NCBI GenBank assembly: GCA_026390695.1
Contig: JAPLFL010000070.1
Location: 624-64,623 of the forward strand
Source: Candidatus Kapaibacterium sp.
GTDB taxonomy: Bacteria > Bacteroidota > Ignavibacteria > Kapaibacteriales > UBA2268
Direction: 5' to 3'
DNA: 64,000 nucleotides
Shown here: one piece after another, positions 20,701-29,715 of the stretch
Layout: the number at the start of each line of letters is the position of its first letter
Numbering within the stretch: position 1 is the first letter of the stretch
Made by a program: the position numbers and the translations under genes
The notes under the pieces: generated by a model
Seen by the model: the letters and a program-made list of their open reading frames with translations, nothing else
Told to the model about the DNA's origin: nothing
Database searches by the model: none

Positions 20701-21236
20701 ATTGCCTTTAAATCCACTTTTTTAATTGGAAACTGGATTCGAGTTGGCACATTATTCAAACTAATAAATTTTGTATCGCTCCCTATTATATAATTGGCTG
20801 TGGTTCCACTGCTATCAATAAGTGTTGTTTTAACAGAATATTTTTGATTTATGTTAAACGTAGGATTAGAGCGATATTTCAATGTATCCGGTGAATCTCC
20901 GTAATTCCAATTATAAGTACGTTGATTCTGCAGATTGGAATCCATTATACCTGTCGGTTTATAAACAACATTGTAAGTAAGATAGTCCCATTCTCCGCAG
21001 CTATAAATATCTTGCATCGTTCGCGAATCACATTTAAGAGAATACTTCATAATTATCCTTCTATATGTATCACTGTTATTTGGAAATGGGAAAATTCCGC
21101 GACGTGTTTGAATAGAGTCGTAAGTAAAAGTTTTTACAACAACAGTATCTTGAGCATTGAGGCTGCTACTGCAGATTATCAAGCTAATAATCAATGACAC
21201 ATTTAATTTGTATAATAAATCCATTTTTAAATCCAA
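17796..21236 (-). CDS. Peptide-N-glycosidase F-related protein with LamG-like insert and T9SS C-terminal domain
   Basis: CGEWDY, EIGRFITPYG, TGHG...CCEW and WCPG motifs; LamG-like FTLEGWVY...WTHVALVFDG; C-terminal LYPNPA...GAYFVIL...FVKR. Confidence 0.82.
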   Translation of the reverse strand: MDLKMDLLYKLNVSLIISLIICSSSLNAQDTVVVKTFTYDSIQTRRGIFPFPNNSDTYRRIIMKYSLKCDSRTMQDIYSCGEWDYLTYNVVYKPTGIMDSNLQNQRTYNWNYGDSPDTLKYRSNPTFNINQKYSVKTTLIDSSGTTANYIIGSDTKFISLNNVPTRIQFPIKKVDLKAIGVKSGQYNMMKFNFSGTGTTIKNFTLKLFLSNDTSAFFANNFETYFQGDLTISKDGWINIPLSMPFTYSSLLGMVVQISYDGLSNNNPVKIICSNGTSIAANDKAYCMNFEGDDYVDCGLVPQFDGLQKFTLEGWVYISNGVDWARFMEKGGKIGIELTAAGDVYCIMRNWTNSYAYAKNALPKQTWTHVALVFDGTQANENNRLRLLINGSSVALTVRGTPIPQWTPDLKSPFIVGENLNGKLFEIRAWKTDLTDSVIKVWMLKPIDSSHPSQKNLILYLPMNDTLNYLKDQSGLSQNVKPFGFPSYNKLSKDDMQFNVKLNNILPNMALFAGTYKIKNDTTIVADTVFARKYYIQKWAIVNNKPKQIDTIYACQPGWCWVYNPNSNKIDSLYLDFQTKISNSSNTYYSDPYEIKEAYEIGRFITPYGKMLDLGPNGFTWFYDVTDYASLLKGNVDFEVGNQQELPEVTFYMIKGTPPRNVKKITKLWQENNHGAFLDLNYASLSNDTRLSKLNVPISKDIKQSKIITRLTGHGHQSNNGQYPHCCEWKDNEHSLLFNGIKECTWHIWREFDCASNPVYPQGGTWPGSREGWCPGDIVPDFVFEVQKFIKNDTLNIDYDISKVPATNLGMGSGNYVVSMQLFEYDKANNDYDVELLDIITPNITPYYSRKNPICANPSVIIRNNSSANDLTKLSFKYSVAGSIEQTYDWNGLIKPNMTETISLPWADSQLWIGDSTRVFNCIVNLNDGNQDTYLTNNTAHSVYRIPDIYPNKFIINYLTNLRPFDYSFEIKDANGNIIYSPSNLATQTRITDTISLKDGCYTLEIFDPYNEGFSYWADPSQGSGALSFMGLDKKTIKAFNPDFGHLIYHCFTVGVKKYVEDSGLQYLANLYPNPADDKLTIALPLLETEIYEIMVNNLSGSVIHREMAFLGGNSIKEISTANLAVGAYFVILKSQNYEIRKQFVKR

Positions 21237-21297
21237 TTATTGAAAAAAGAAGTTAATAAGATAAAATTATTATTTACTACATTAAGGGATTAATAAT

Positions 21298-21927
21298 TTA
21301 ATTGGTCAATTCAATTCTTTGTTTACAAAAGCGAATTTCTCGCTCATCATTTGAAGCTATCAATACAATAGAGTTATTTGTAAGATGGCTTTCAATCAGT
21401 GAATCAACAGCATCAATTCCCTGAATATCAAGATTAGTGGACGGTTCATCAAGCATAAGAATAGCAGGATCTGCAATTAATGCGTTGATATATTTAATAC
21501 GTTGCTTCATGCCGGATGAAAAAGTACGGATGGGGTCATTGCGACGCTTGTATATATTAAAATGTTTCAGGAGATTTACAGCCTTTTCTTCTGAAAAATG
21601 TATCCCGCGAATTTTTGCAAAAACTTGAAAATGCTCAATAGGTGTGAATTCTTCGTATAAGATCAGATATGGAGAAACAAAGCCGATTTTCTCGGATATG
21701 TTATCATAATCTATCTTAACTCCGCTAATGGTGCAGTTAATCTCACCTTTTGTCGGACTAACAACACCTGCAATGATTTTTAACATTGTTGATTTTCCAG
21801 ATCCGTTGGAACCGGTGATTGCGAGAGCCTCTCCCCCATTCAAATCAAAATTTACTTTATCAAAAACTTTAAAGCCTTTGCCAAAGATTTTTCCTAAATT
21901 TTTTACCGATAATGAGTTCTGTTGCAT
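21298..21927 (-). CDS. ABC transporter ATP-binding protein (CcmA-like)
   Basis: Walker A GSNGSGKST, signature FSSGMKQR, Walker B LMLDEP. Confidence 0.88.
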   Translation of the reverse strand: MQQNSLSVKNLGKIFGKGFKVFDKVNFDLNGGEALAITGSNGSGKSTMLKIIAGVVSPTKGEINCTISGVKIDYDNISEKIGFVSPYLILYEEFTPIEHFQVFAKIRGIHFSEEKAVNLLKHFNIYKRRNDPIRTFSSGMKQRIKYINALIADPAILMLDEPSTNLDIQGIDAVDSLIESHLTNNSIVLIASNDEREIRFCKQRIELTN

Positions 21928-21933
21928 ATCTTA

Positions 21934-23709
21934 CTATTTTAATACTACAGCAAATTTACCAATACTGAAACTATTCTGATTTTTCACCACAAAGAAATAA
22001 ATACCGCTTGATAATCCAGTCAAACCCTCGACTGACACGACCTTAAAAGGTGGTTTTTCAGATGTATAATCAGCAAAAACTGTTCTATCTCCGGAATACA
22101 CTTCTAACATCTCAGAATTGTAAATCGTAAGATTCACTTTCTCGTCAAACATAGATTCATCCGATGCTGGGAAATAAATTTTAGAATCTTTCTTGATATT
22201 AAATGGATTTGGATAAGCAAATTTAATATTTTCCGAATTGGTGAGAAAAAAAGTATCACAAATGGAAACATTCGAGACTGAATCTATGGTTTCACTATAT
22301 TTTATTGACTGAAAAAACCTCATATTATCCTGCTGGCCTGATTTCCAACGATAAATAAAAGTTGATGGTTTTTCGAGAGCCTGTACATTAGTGGCGAATA
22401 AGTCAGTATTGGTGTACATAAAAGTAATATTTTCCAATACATTATGACCTAACTTCGGGAATCCGAATCGAACCATCTTCGGTTCAAATGGTAAAATTCT
22501 TCGATAAACTATTGTGTCACTTTTTACTTTTATTAAATCTGATATTATAAACTCAGGGAATGAGTCAGCATCCTCAAAATATACACCGGGAATGGCTCTG
22601 GAACCTGTAAAATATATCCAAGGTAAAAATTCCTTCCATGCGTTTGCAAGTGTACTGCCATGTTCACGGAAAGCTATATCCATAGCAGAATATGGTGTAA
22701 TTGAATCTGCAAACAAATCAAATATTCGTTTAAAAAATGAGTCTCCATACAGTTTATGTGTGTATTGGAAAAATATTGACCAACAATATAAATCCGATCT
22801 GTCCCCTGAAAAAAGATGAAGATCATTTTGCTCAAAAATTACATGCAGATAATTTATATAATCCTTAACATCAGGATAAGAGCGGTACTCCATCCAGGTT
22901 GCCGTCATTTCTAAAAATCCGGAGAAATATGGTTGAAAGAAATGCTGTGATGTGTCATTATTTGGAATAACCCCCATCCTGAATTGAAGAGCATGAAAGA
23001 ACTCGTGAGCTGCAGTAATTTTCAAGCCTTCCATACCAGTTGAATAATAATGATTTTTTATTGTAGAATCTTTAACGGAAGTATCTTTCCCGTTAATAAG
23101 CGTATCCCGATTAAAAATAATTGTATCAATTTCCAAATATGATTTATCAACGACAATAAAGCTTGAATAACATTTCCTATAGCGATTATTTTGCAAAATT
23201 GGAAAATCATCAATATAGGTCAAACCATAAGGCCCACGAATATTTGTTATATAAATATCATAAGCTTCAGAGCCACCAAGGCCAGAATCACCGACCGGTG
23301 ACATAAAACCCAATTGATTCACTTCTAATGAATATGCCTGATCGAAATAGAATCCAACCGAATCAATATAATCAGGGATCCCATTTTTATCTGAATCGAT
23401 GACTGAGACTGAGTCTTCGCCCTTTGTGTTGTAATGAATTCTGAATTTCCCTAATTTTGAATCATAAAAAAATGGGAGTTCGTATTTATTTCTGTCGTCA
23501 TTAACTGCCAAGCTTGGGAATAATTGCTTTTTTATTCTATTTTTCAAAGATGAATCTGCAAATGTTCCGCATTTAATATCAATTTTGTTATTAGTGGGAA
23601 CAACAGCTATCAATTGATTTGATAAAAAAAGCATTATGATCAAGAAAACAAAAAATTGAATCCGCTTTAACAAATCTTTGAAATATGGCTTTGAATCGAA
23701 CATCTTCAT
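21934..23709 (-). CDS. Secreted zinc metalloprotease (MXAN_6640-like) with T9SS-like C-terminus
   Basis: KCGT, FRIHY, DxDxNGIPDY, TAAHEFFHA.Q zinc motif and E.TATWME; C-terminal YPNPF...SGIYF...GKFAVV. Confidence 0.8.
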   Translation of the reverse strand: MKMFDSKPYFKDLLKRIQFFVFLIIMLFLSNQLIAVVPTNNKIDIKCGTFADSSLKNRIKKQLFPSLAVNDDRNKYELPFFYDSKLGKFRIHYNTKGEDSVSVIDSDKNGIPDYIDSVGFYFDQAYSLEVNQLGFMSPVGDSGLGGSEAYDIYITNIRGPYGLTYIDDFPILQNNRYRKCYSSFIVVDKSYLEIDTIIFNRDTLINGKDTSVKDSTIKNHYYSTGMEGLKITAAHEFFHALQFRMGVIPNNDTSQHFFQPYFSGFLEMTATWMEYRSYPDVKDYINYLHVIFEQNDLHLFSGDRSDLYCWSIFFQYTHKLYGDSFFKRIFDLFADSITPYSAMDIAFREHGSTLANAWKEFLPWIYFTGSRAIPGVYFEDADSFPEFIISDLIKVKSDTIVYRRILPFEPKMVRFGFPKLGHNVLENITFMYTNTDLFATNVQALEKPSTFIYRWKSGQQDNMRFFQSIKYSETIDSVSNVSICDTFFLTNSENIKFAYPNPFNIKKDSKIYFPASDESMFDEKVNLTIYNSEMLEVYSGDRTVFADYTSEKPPFKVVSVEGLTGLSSGIYFFVVKNQNSFSIGKFAVVLK

Positions 23710-23715
23710 AATTCC

Positions 23716-23767
23716 AAAAAAAATACTACATCGTTAAATTTTTAGAATTTAAAACACAATGTAGTAT
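23716..23767 (-). terminator. Hairpin plus U-tract between the 144-aa gene and the protease gene
   Basis: ATACTACAT (23723-31) / ATGTAGTAT (23759-67) inverted repeat followed on the minus strand by a T run. Confidence 0.55.
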
Positions 23768-23791
23768 AAATAAATTTCAAATGTTTTTGAC

Positions 23792-24226
23792 TTATTTTAA
23801 CATTTCCTTAATCATTCCCCACGAACGTTTAAAGTAGCTTGCTTTATGTGAAACACTTACAGCATTGCTATAGTTCGCAGTTTCATCAGAATTAACAATT
23901 CTAAGACGATAGCAATAACTTGCTTTAGCTTGTGGAGAAGAGGAATTGCCCGAAGCCTTCATCAATTCATCATCCTTATCTTCGAATTGATAAGTCTGGT
24001 AGCTGCCTTTGGCATTTAATAACGAAACTTGCTTGTAAATATTAACTTTCGGGTCGTCTGTTCTTTCAACTTCATATCTCGTGACGTTTGATTCGTCATT
24101 AGATTTCCATTCAACAGTTATGGTTTTACCGTCTGATTCAGCCTTAATATAATTAATTAAATCAGAGGCATAAAGTACCACGCTACTGATTAAAACAAGC
24201 AATATTGCATATTTGATTTTTTTCAT
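23792..24226 (-). CDS. Secreted FN3/Ig-like small protein with C-terminal SWGxIK motif
   Basis: Signal peptide; V.W....E.....YEVER...Y.FED...Y.YRL..V..D pattern; ends RSWGMIKEMLK. Confidence 0.75.
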   Translation of the reverse strand: MKKIKYAILLVLISSVVLYASDLINYIKAESDGKTITVEWKSNDESNVTRYEVERTDDPKVNIYKQVSLLNAKGSYQTYQFEDKDDELMKASGNSSSPQAKASYCYRLRIVNSDETANYSNAVSVSHKASYFKRSWGMIKEMLK

Positions 24227-24365
24227 ATTCGAATTTACAAAAAATATTCAAAACAACAAGGATTTGAATGAAATGACTGTTAAAAAAATAAAATATTTTA
24301 TTGTTAGCTGTAATAATTTTAATTTTATATTGAATTAATTAATTTTTTTACAACTGAGGTATATT

Positions 24366-26252
24366 ATGGCGGATTATCCGGATTTTTATTATCCGAATGA
24401 GGATGTAATTAAAAATGCTCATATAAAAGATTGGGATTCATTCAATTCTGAGGCAATGAATGACCCAGAAGGTTTCTGGGAAAAACATGCACGGGAACTG
24501 CATTGGTTTGAAGATTGGAACTGTGTTTTGGACGAATCAAACAAACCTTTTTATAAATGGTTTAAAAATGGTAAAACCAATATTGCATATAATTGTCTTG
24601 ACGTCCACATGCAGACATACAGGAGAAATAAACTTGCTCTTGTTTGGGAAGGAGAAAACGGTGATGTGCTCACTCATTCTTATTATTCACTTCATCGGGA
24701 AACAACGAAATTTGCTAATATCCTTCGAAGCCTCGGAGTTAAAAAAGGTGACAGAGTTACCATTTATATGGGACGAATCCCTGAATTGATGCTTGCAATG
24801 CTGGCTTGTGCAAAAATTGGTGCTATCCATTCCGTAGTATATGGTGGATTCTCTGTAGAAGCCCTGCATGAACGCATTGAGGACTCAGAATCAAGAGTAC
24901 TTATTACTGCTGACGGTGCTTTTCAGAGAGGAAAGATAGTTCCGCTTAAAGAAATAGTAGATGAAGCACTAAAACGCGCTGCCACAGTAGAGCATGTACT
25001 TGTTGTCAAGCGCACCGGACAGGATGTTTATATGGAATCCGGCCGTGATATGTGGTATCATGAGCTTGCAGCCTTGCCTATTGCAATGCAAAATGGAAGT
25101 CATACCGAAATCATGGATTCGGAAGATCCTTTATTTATACTTTATACATCAGGTACAACTGGCAAACCAAAAGCAATTCTGCACACCCACGGCGGTTATA
25201 TGGTTGGTACATACACTACATTAAAATATGTGTTTGATATAAAGGACGAAGATCGATATTGGTGTGCTGCGGATCCTGGCTGGATAACCGGACACAGTTA
25301 TATTGTTTATGGGCCACTACTCAACGGAGCGACCTCATTTATGTATGAAGGAGCTCCAAATTACCCATATCCTAACAGATGGTGGCAGATGATTGAAAAA
25401 TATGGTATAAATATTTTATATACCGCACCTACAGCTATTCGTGGGTTAATGCGCTTTGGTGAAGCTTGGGTCAACAGGCATGATTTATCTTCGCTCAGAT
25501 TACTCGGATCTGTTGGCGAACCGATTAATCCTGAAGCATGGCGCTGGTACTACAATGTTGTTGGTAAAGGCCATTGCCCTATCATGGACACATGGTGGCA
25601 AACCGAAACGGGTAATTTTATGATTACACCACTTCCTTGTATGCCATTGAAGCCCGGTTCCGGCACTAAACCTTTTCCGGGAATTGAAATGGATATACTT
25701 GATGAAGATGGAAATCCAGTTGCAGCAAATCAGGAAGGATACCTTGTTATAAAAAAACCTTGGCCAGCTATGCTTCGAACTATATATAAAGATCCTGATC
25801 GCCTTGTAAGCCAGTATTTCTCACGTTTTCCGGGTTATTATATGACAGGCGACAGTGCCCGTCGTGATGAAGATGGATATTACTGGATAATAGGTAGAGT
25901 GGATGATGTTATCAAAGTTTCTGGCTATAGGCTTGGTACTGCAGAAATTGAAAGTGCTCTTGGAAGTCATCGTGACGTAGCAGAATCAGCAGCTATTGGC
26001 ATTCCACACGAAATTAAGGGAAATGTGATTTATGCTTATGTAATTTTAAATAATGGAGTAGTGGCAAGTGATAGTTTGGCTGAACAACTTAAAGCTCATG
26101 TCGGCTATGAAGTTGGTCCAATAGCAAAACCTGAGAAAATCGAATTTGTTGACTCTCTTCCTAAAACGAGAAGCGGTAAAATAATGCGTCGTGTTCTGAA
26201 AGCTAAGGCTCAAGGCCTTGATCCGGGGAATTTGTCAACACTTGAAGATTAG
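24366..26252 (+). CDS. acs: Acetyl-CoA synthetase (AMP-forming)
   Basis: [42 protein letters not shown]. Confidence 0.96.
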   Translation: MADYPDFYYPNEDVIKNAHIKDWDSFNSEAMNDPEGFWEKHARELHWFEDWNCVLDESNKPFYKWFKNGKTNIAYNCLDVHMQTYRRNKLALVWEGENGDVLTHSYYSLHRETTKFANILRSLGVKKGDRVTIYMGRIPELMLAMLACAKIGAIHSVVYGGFSVEALHERIEDSESRVLITADGAFQRGKIVPLKEIVDEALKRAATVEHVLVVKRTGQDVYMESGRDMWYHELAALPIAMQNGSHTEIMDSEDPLFILYTSGTTGKPKAILHTHGGYMVGTYTTLKYVFDIKDEDRYWCAADPGWITGHSYIVYGPLLNGATSFMYEGAPNYPYPNRWWQMIEKYGINILYTAPTAIRGLMRFGEAWVNRHDLSSLRLLGSVGEPINPEAWRWYYNVVGKGHCPIMDTWWQTETGNFMITPLPCMPLKPGSGTKPFPGIEMDILDEDGNPVAANQEGYLVIKKPWPAMLRTIYKDPDRLVSQYFSRFPGYYMTGDSARRDEDGYYWIIGRVDDVIKVSGYRLGTAEIESALGSHRDVAESAAIGIPHEIKGNVIYAYVILNNGVVASDSLAEQLKAHVGYEVGPIAKPEKIEFVDSLPKTRSGKIMRRVLKAKAQGLDPGNLSTLED

Positions 26253-26260
26253 TTTTATTA

Positions 26261-26406
26261 TATCATTTCCTTAATGAATTAGGAATTATTGTCATTCCCG
26301 CGCATGAGAGTGTGTGAAAACTACCTTTTCTTGTCATTCCTGCGAATGCTGGAATCTCCTGATTCCTGCATTCGCACAAATGACAGCCTTCAAGTAGGAA
26401 ACGATA
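26261..26406 (+). mobile_element. MITE copy 3 (146 bp, chimeric)
   Basis: TATCATTTCCT...AGGAAACGATA with TTA at 26258-60 and 26407-09; the first REP unit is interrupted by GAGAGTGTGTGAAAA (26306-26320). Confidence 0.85.
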
Positions 26407-26470
26407 TTAGTTATGATTTGATAATTAAGAGTCATGAGAAATTCATTTAAAAAAAATTACAATTATAACA

Positions 26471-26501
26471 AAAAAAGCTCCATTTATTTTGGAGCTTTTT
26501 T
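26471..26501. terminator. Bidirectional intrinsic terminator between acs and rpmA
   Basis: AAAAAAGCTCCA-N7-TGGAGCTTTTTT perfect inverted repeat between convergent genes. Confidence 0.85.
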
Positions 26502-26520
26502 AATTTTTCAACTATTTGAT

Positions 26521-26778
26521 TTAGTTTACTGGAATAACAGAAACGAACATTTTATCATCTCTTTTTTTCTCAAATTTGACAGATCCATCAATTAAAGAGA
26601 ATATTGTGTAATCCTTACCTAAACCGACATTCAAGCCGGGATGAACTTTAGTTCCACACTGACGAATGATAATATTTCCGGGGTTCACACTTTCTCCACC
26701 GAAAACTTTTACACCACGGCGTTGTGCATTGGAATCACGGCCGTTTCTCGTCGAGCCACCACCTTTTTTATGAGCCAT
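26521..26778 (-). CDS. rpmA: 50S ribosomal protein bL27
   Basis: [16 protein letters not shown]. Confidence 0.98.
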   Translation of the reverse strand: MAHKKGGGSTRNGRDSNAQRRGVKVFGGESVNPGNIIIRQCGTKVHPGLNVGLGKDYTIFSLIDGSVKFEKKRDDKMFVSVIPVN

Positions 26779-26811
26779 AACTAACCTCTATTTAAAATTA
26801 TTTTTTCAAAA

Positions 26812-27120
26812 TTATAAACTAAATTCGCCAATTTCAATACGAGTATATTTTTGACGATGACCGTTTAATTTACGGTGACCTTTTCTGCGTTTTTTATGAA
26901 ACACTAAGACTGTCTCATCTTTTCCGTGTTCTAAAATTTTTGCACTGATAGAACCTTCAATGTAAGGTGTTCCGGTTTTTAATATACCGTTATCATCAAC
27001 TAACAAAATATTGTTAAAACTAACGCCATCACCAGGCTCTCCGGCAAGACGGGGTACATTCAAAACTTCTTTTGGTTCAACCTCGAATTGCATTCCTGCT
27101 ATTTCGACTACTGCAAACAT
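26812..27120 (-). CDS. rplU: 50S ribosomal protein bL21
   Basis: MFAVVEIAG.Q, KKRRKG.RK.NGHRQ.YT; upstream of rpmA. Confidence 0.97.
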   Translation of the reverse strand: MFAVVEIAGMQFEVEPKEVLNVPRLAGEPGDGVSFNNILLVDDNGILKTGTPYIEGSISAKILEHGKDETVLVFHKKRRKGHRKLNGHRQKYTRIEIGEFSL

Positions 27121-27220
27121 TCTATTACCTTATATACTTTTAATAATTTTACTCAATACGAAAAAGTAAATTAACACTTTTTCTCAAAACATCCAAATTA
27201 AACTAAAATTTTCTGCTCTA

Positions 27221-28501
27221 TTAAGCACTATGAACGATTTCCCGTGGTACTTCAAATGCATCATACTGATAGATTGGCTCTGCTTTTTCATTGACCGACC
27301 CTTCTGTAAGTGTACATTTTATTACATTTTGTTTATCTGGTAATTTGTACATAATTGGCAACATAACTTCCTCAACAATTGATCTCAATGCTCTGGCACC
27401 TGTATGTCTGTCAAGTGCTTTCTTTACGATAGCTCTGAGAGCTTTTTCTTCTAATTCAAGACCAATACCTTCCATTGAGAAAAGCTTTTTATATTGCTTT
27501 ACGAGCGCATTTTTGGGTTGAGTCATAATACTAAGCATTGCATCCTCGGATAGTTCTTCAAGAGGTGCGAGCAGAGGGAGTCTTCCAATTAATTCGGGTA
27601 TAAAGCCAAATTTAAGTAAATCTTCCGGTTCTGCTCTTTTTAGCAATTCGTGATTTTCGTCAATTGTAATCATATTTGGAGCAGTAAAGCCAATAGTTGA
27701 AGTTCTGAGCCTTCGTGCAATAATTTTTTCCAGACCTTCAAAAGCTCCGCCACAAATAAATAATATATTTCGAGTATCGATAAAGATTAGCGGCTGTTCC
27801 GGATGTTTTCTACCACCTTTTGGAGGAACACCTGCTTTTGTACCTTCTAATATCTTAAGAAGTGCTTGCTGGACACCTTCACCCGAAACATCGCGCGTAA
27901 TACTCGATGATTCGCTTTTACGGCCGATTTTATCTATTTCATCAATATAGACGATTCCGCGCTCGGCAGCCTGAACATTATAATTGGCACTCTGCAATAG
28001 ATGCACTAACACAGTTTCAACATCATCACCGACATACCCTGCTTCAGTTATTGTTGTTGCATCTGCAATTGCAAAAGGAACTTTTAGAATTCGCGCTAAA
28101 GTACGCGCCAGAAGGGTTTTTCCGGTTCCAGTAGGCCCAAGTAACAGAATATTTGTTTTTTCAATTTCAACATCGGAATATTCTCCACCCAGATTCTCAG
28201 CATTAATTCTCTTATAATGATTATAAACTGCCACGGAAAGCGCTTTCTTTGCGTAATCTTGGCCAATCACATAATCATCTAACATTTTTTTTAGCTCAGA
28301 AGGCTTTGGTAGCTTATTTTCACCGGTTGAGAAGAATTCCTTCTCGGAATTTCTTTTAATTATTTCAAGTGATTTATTTATACAAATATCACAAATAAAT
28401 ATTTCGTTCGGCCCTTCGATCAACGTCATTACCTCATAAGAATGTCTGCCACAGAAGGAGCATGTAATCTCATTATAAGGTGATTTTATTTTTTTTCCCA
28501 T
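27221..28501 (-). CDS. clpX: ATP-dependent Clp protease ATPase subunit ClpX
   Basis: CSFCG zinc finger, [31 protein letters not shown] loop. Confidence 0.98.
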   Translation of the reverse strand: MGKKIKSPYNEITCSFCGRHSYEVMTLIEGPNEIFICDICINKSLEIIKRNSEKEFFSTGENKLPKPSELKKMLDDYVIGQDYAKKALSVAVYNHYKRINAENLGGEYSDVEIEKTNILLLGPTGTGKTLLARTLARILKVPFAIADATTITEAGYVGDDVETVLVHLLQSANYNVQAAERGIVYIDEIDKIGRKSESSSITRDVSGEGVQQALLKILEGTKAGVPPKGGRKHPEQPLIFIDTRNILFICGGAFEGLEKIIARRLRTSTIGFTAPNMITIDENHELLKRAEPEDLLKFGFIPELIGRLPLLAPLEELSEDAMLSIMTQPKNALVKQYKKLFSMEGIGLELEEKALRAIVKKALDRHTGARALRSIVEEVMLPIMYKLPDKQNVIKCTLTEGSVNEKAEPIYQYDAFEVPREIVHSA

Positions 28502-28519
28502 TATCCTATCAATCTTAAA

Positions 28520-29137
28520 TTATAAATCCTTTTTTTCGCTTGGAATATCGGTAGAATTGTAAAGAATTTTATCTACAATACCGTATTCAAGCGCTTCCTG
28601 AGCTGTCATATAGTTGTCGCGGTCTGAATCGGTTTTAATCTGTTCGACTGTTTTCCCAGTATGATTTGCAATAATTCCGTATAATGAATCGCGAGTTCTA
28701 AGAATTTCCTTTGTATAAATTTCAATATCTGTAGCTTGTCCCTGAGAGCCACCTGAAGGCTGGTGCATTAATATTCTTGCATTTGGGAGTGAAAATCTCT
28801 TTCCTTTTGCACCTGCACAAAGCAGAACTTGAGCCATAGATGCACCAAGTCCCATACATATAGTGCTAATCTCAGGTTTGATAAATTGCATTGTGTCATA
28901 AATTGCAAGTCCTGCACTGACAGATCCACCCGGAGAATTAATATATAAATTAATATCCTTATTAGGATCTTCACTGGCTAAAAATAATAATTGTGCAATT
29001 ACAAGGCTTGAAATGTAATCATCTATTGGTGATCCAAGGAAAATTATTCTTTCTTTTAGTAATCTTGAATATATATCATATGAGCGTTCACCGCGACTGG
29101 TCTGCTCTACGACCATTGGTATCAATTGATTAAACAT
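28520..29137 (-). CDS. clpP: ClpP protease proteolytic subunit
   Basis: [29 protein letters not shown]. Confidence 0.98.
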   Translation of the reverse strand: MFNQLIPMVVEQTSRGERSYDIYSRLLKERIIFLGSPIDDYISSLVIAQLLFLASEDPNKDINLYINSPGGSVSAGLAIYDTMQFIKPEISTICMGLGASMAQVLLCAGAKGKRFSLPNARILMHQPSGGSQGQATDIEIYTKEILRTRDSLYGIIANHTGKTVEQIKTDSDRDNYMTAQEALEYGIVDKILYNSTDIPSEKKDL

Positions 29138-29204
29138 ATAATTATCTTTCTATTATTCGATTTTTAACAATATATTAACGACGAGTAAAATTAAAAAATA
29201 TTAT

Positions 29205-29241
29205 AAAAAAACCATCTGAATTTAACATAAACAGATGGTTT
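29205..29241 (-). terminator. Intrinsic terminator after the acidic-protein gene
   Basis: AAACCATCTG (29209-18) / CAGATGGTTT (29232-41), followed on the minus strand by Ts. Confidence 0.7.
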
Positions 29242-29263
29242 GTAAAACTAAAGGCAATATTTA

Positions 29264-29593
29264 TTAATCATCATCATCAACTTCTTCTTCTTCTTCGTCG
29301 TCATCATCTTCGTCATCGTCAGCCCATTCACCTTCTTCATCCTCCCAATCCTCATCTTCTTCTTCATCTTCATCCCAGTCTTCATCTATGTCTTCCCAAT
29401 CCTCATCTTCATCTTCATCATCTTCTACATCTTCATCTTCGTCATCCCAGTCTTCATCATCTTCATCCCACTCATCCTCTTCTTCATCCCAATCTTCTTC
29501 CAAAACTTCTTCATCAGTCAACATATATTTCAATGCTCTTTCATCTTCCAGATCATTAATACTGAAGATGTTGTTACCAAATTCTTTTTCCAT
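29264..29593 (-). CDS. Hyperacidic low-complexity protein with periodic Trp
   Basis: AAGAGG RBS before ATG, own terminator, open 109-codon frame; 69 of the last 83 residues are D/E. Confidence 0.75.
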   Translation of the reverse strand: MEKEFGNNIFSINDLEDERALKYMLTDEEVLEEDWDEEEDEWDEDDEDWDDEDEDVEDDEDEDEDWEDIDEDWDEDEEEDEDWEDEEGEWADDDEDDDDEEEEEVDDDD

Positions 29594-29715
29594 TTTCGTG
29601 CCTCTTATGATAAATTTTAAATTTCTAATTTCTTAAACAAATTCTTGATTATATAATTCTAAAATTCAGGAATAAAAAAAAGAAAAAATAATGAATTTTC
29701 CATAAACAAGAAAAC

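Noticed and set aside
29388..29636. Poly-serine ORF on the plus strand
   Set aside because: Antisense shadow of GAT/GAA codons; the minus-strand gene has the RBS and terminator.
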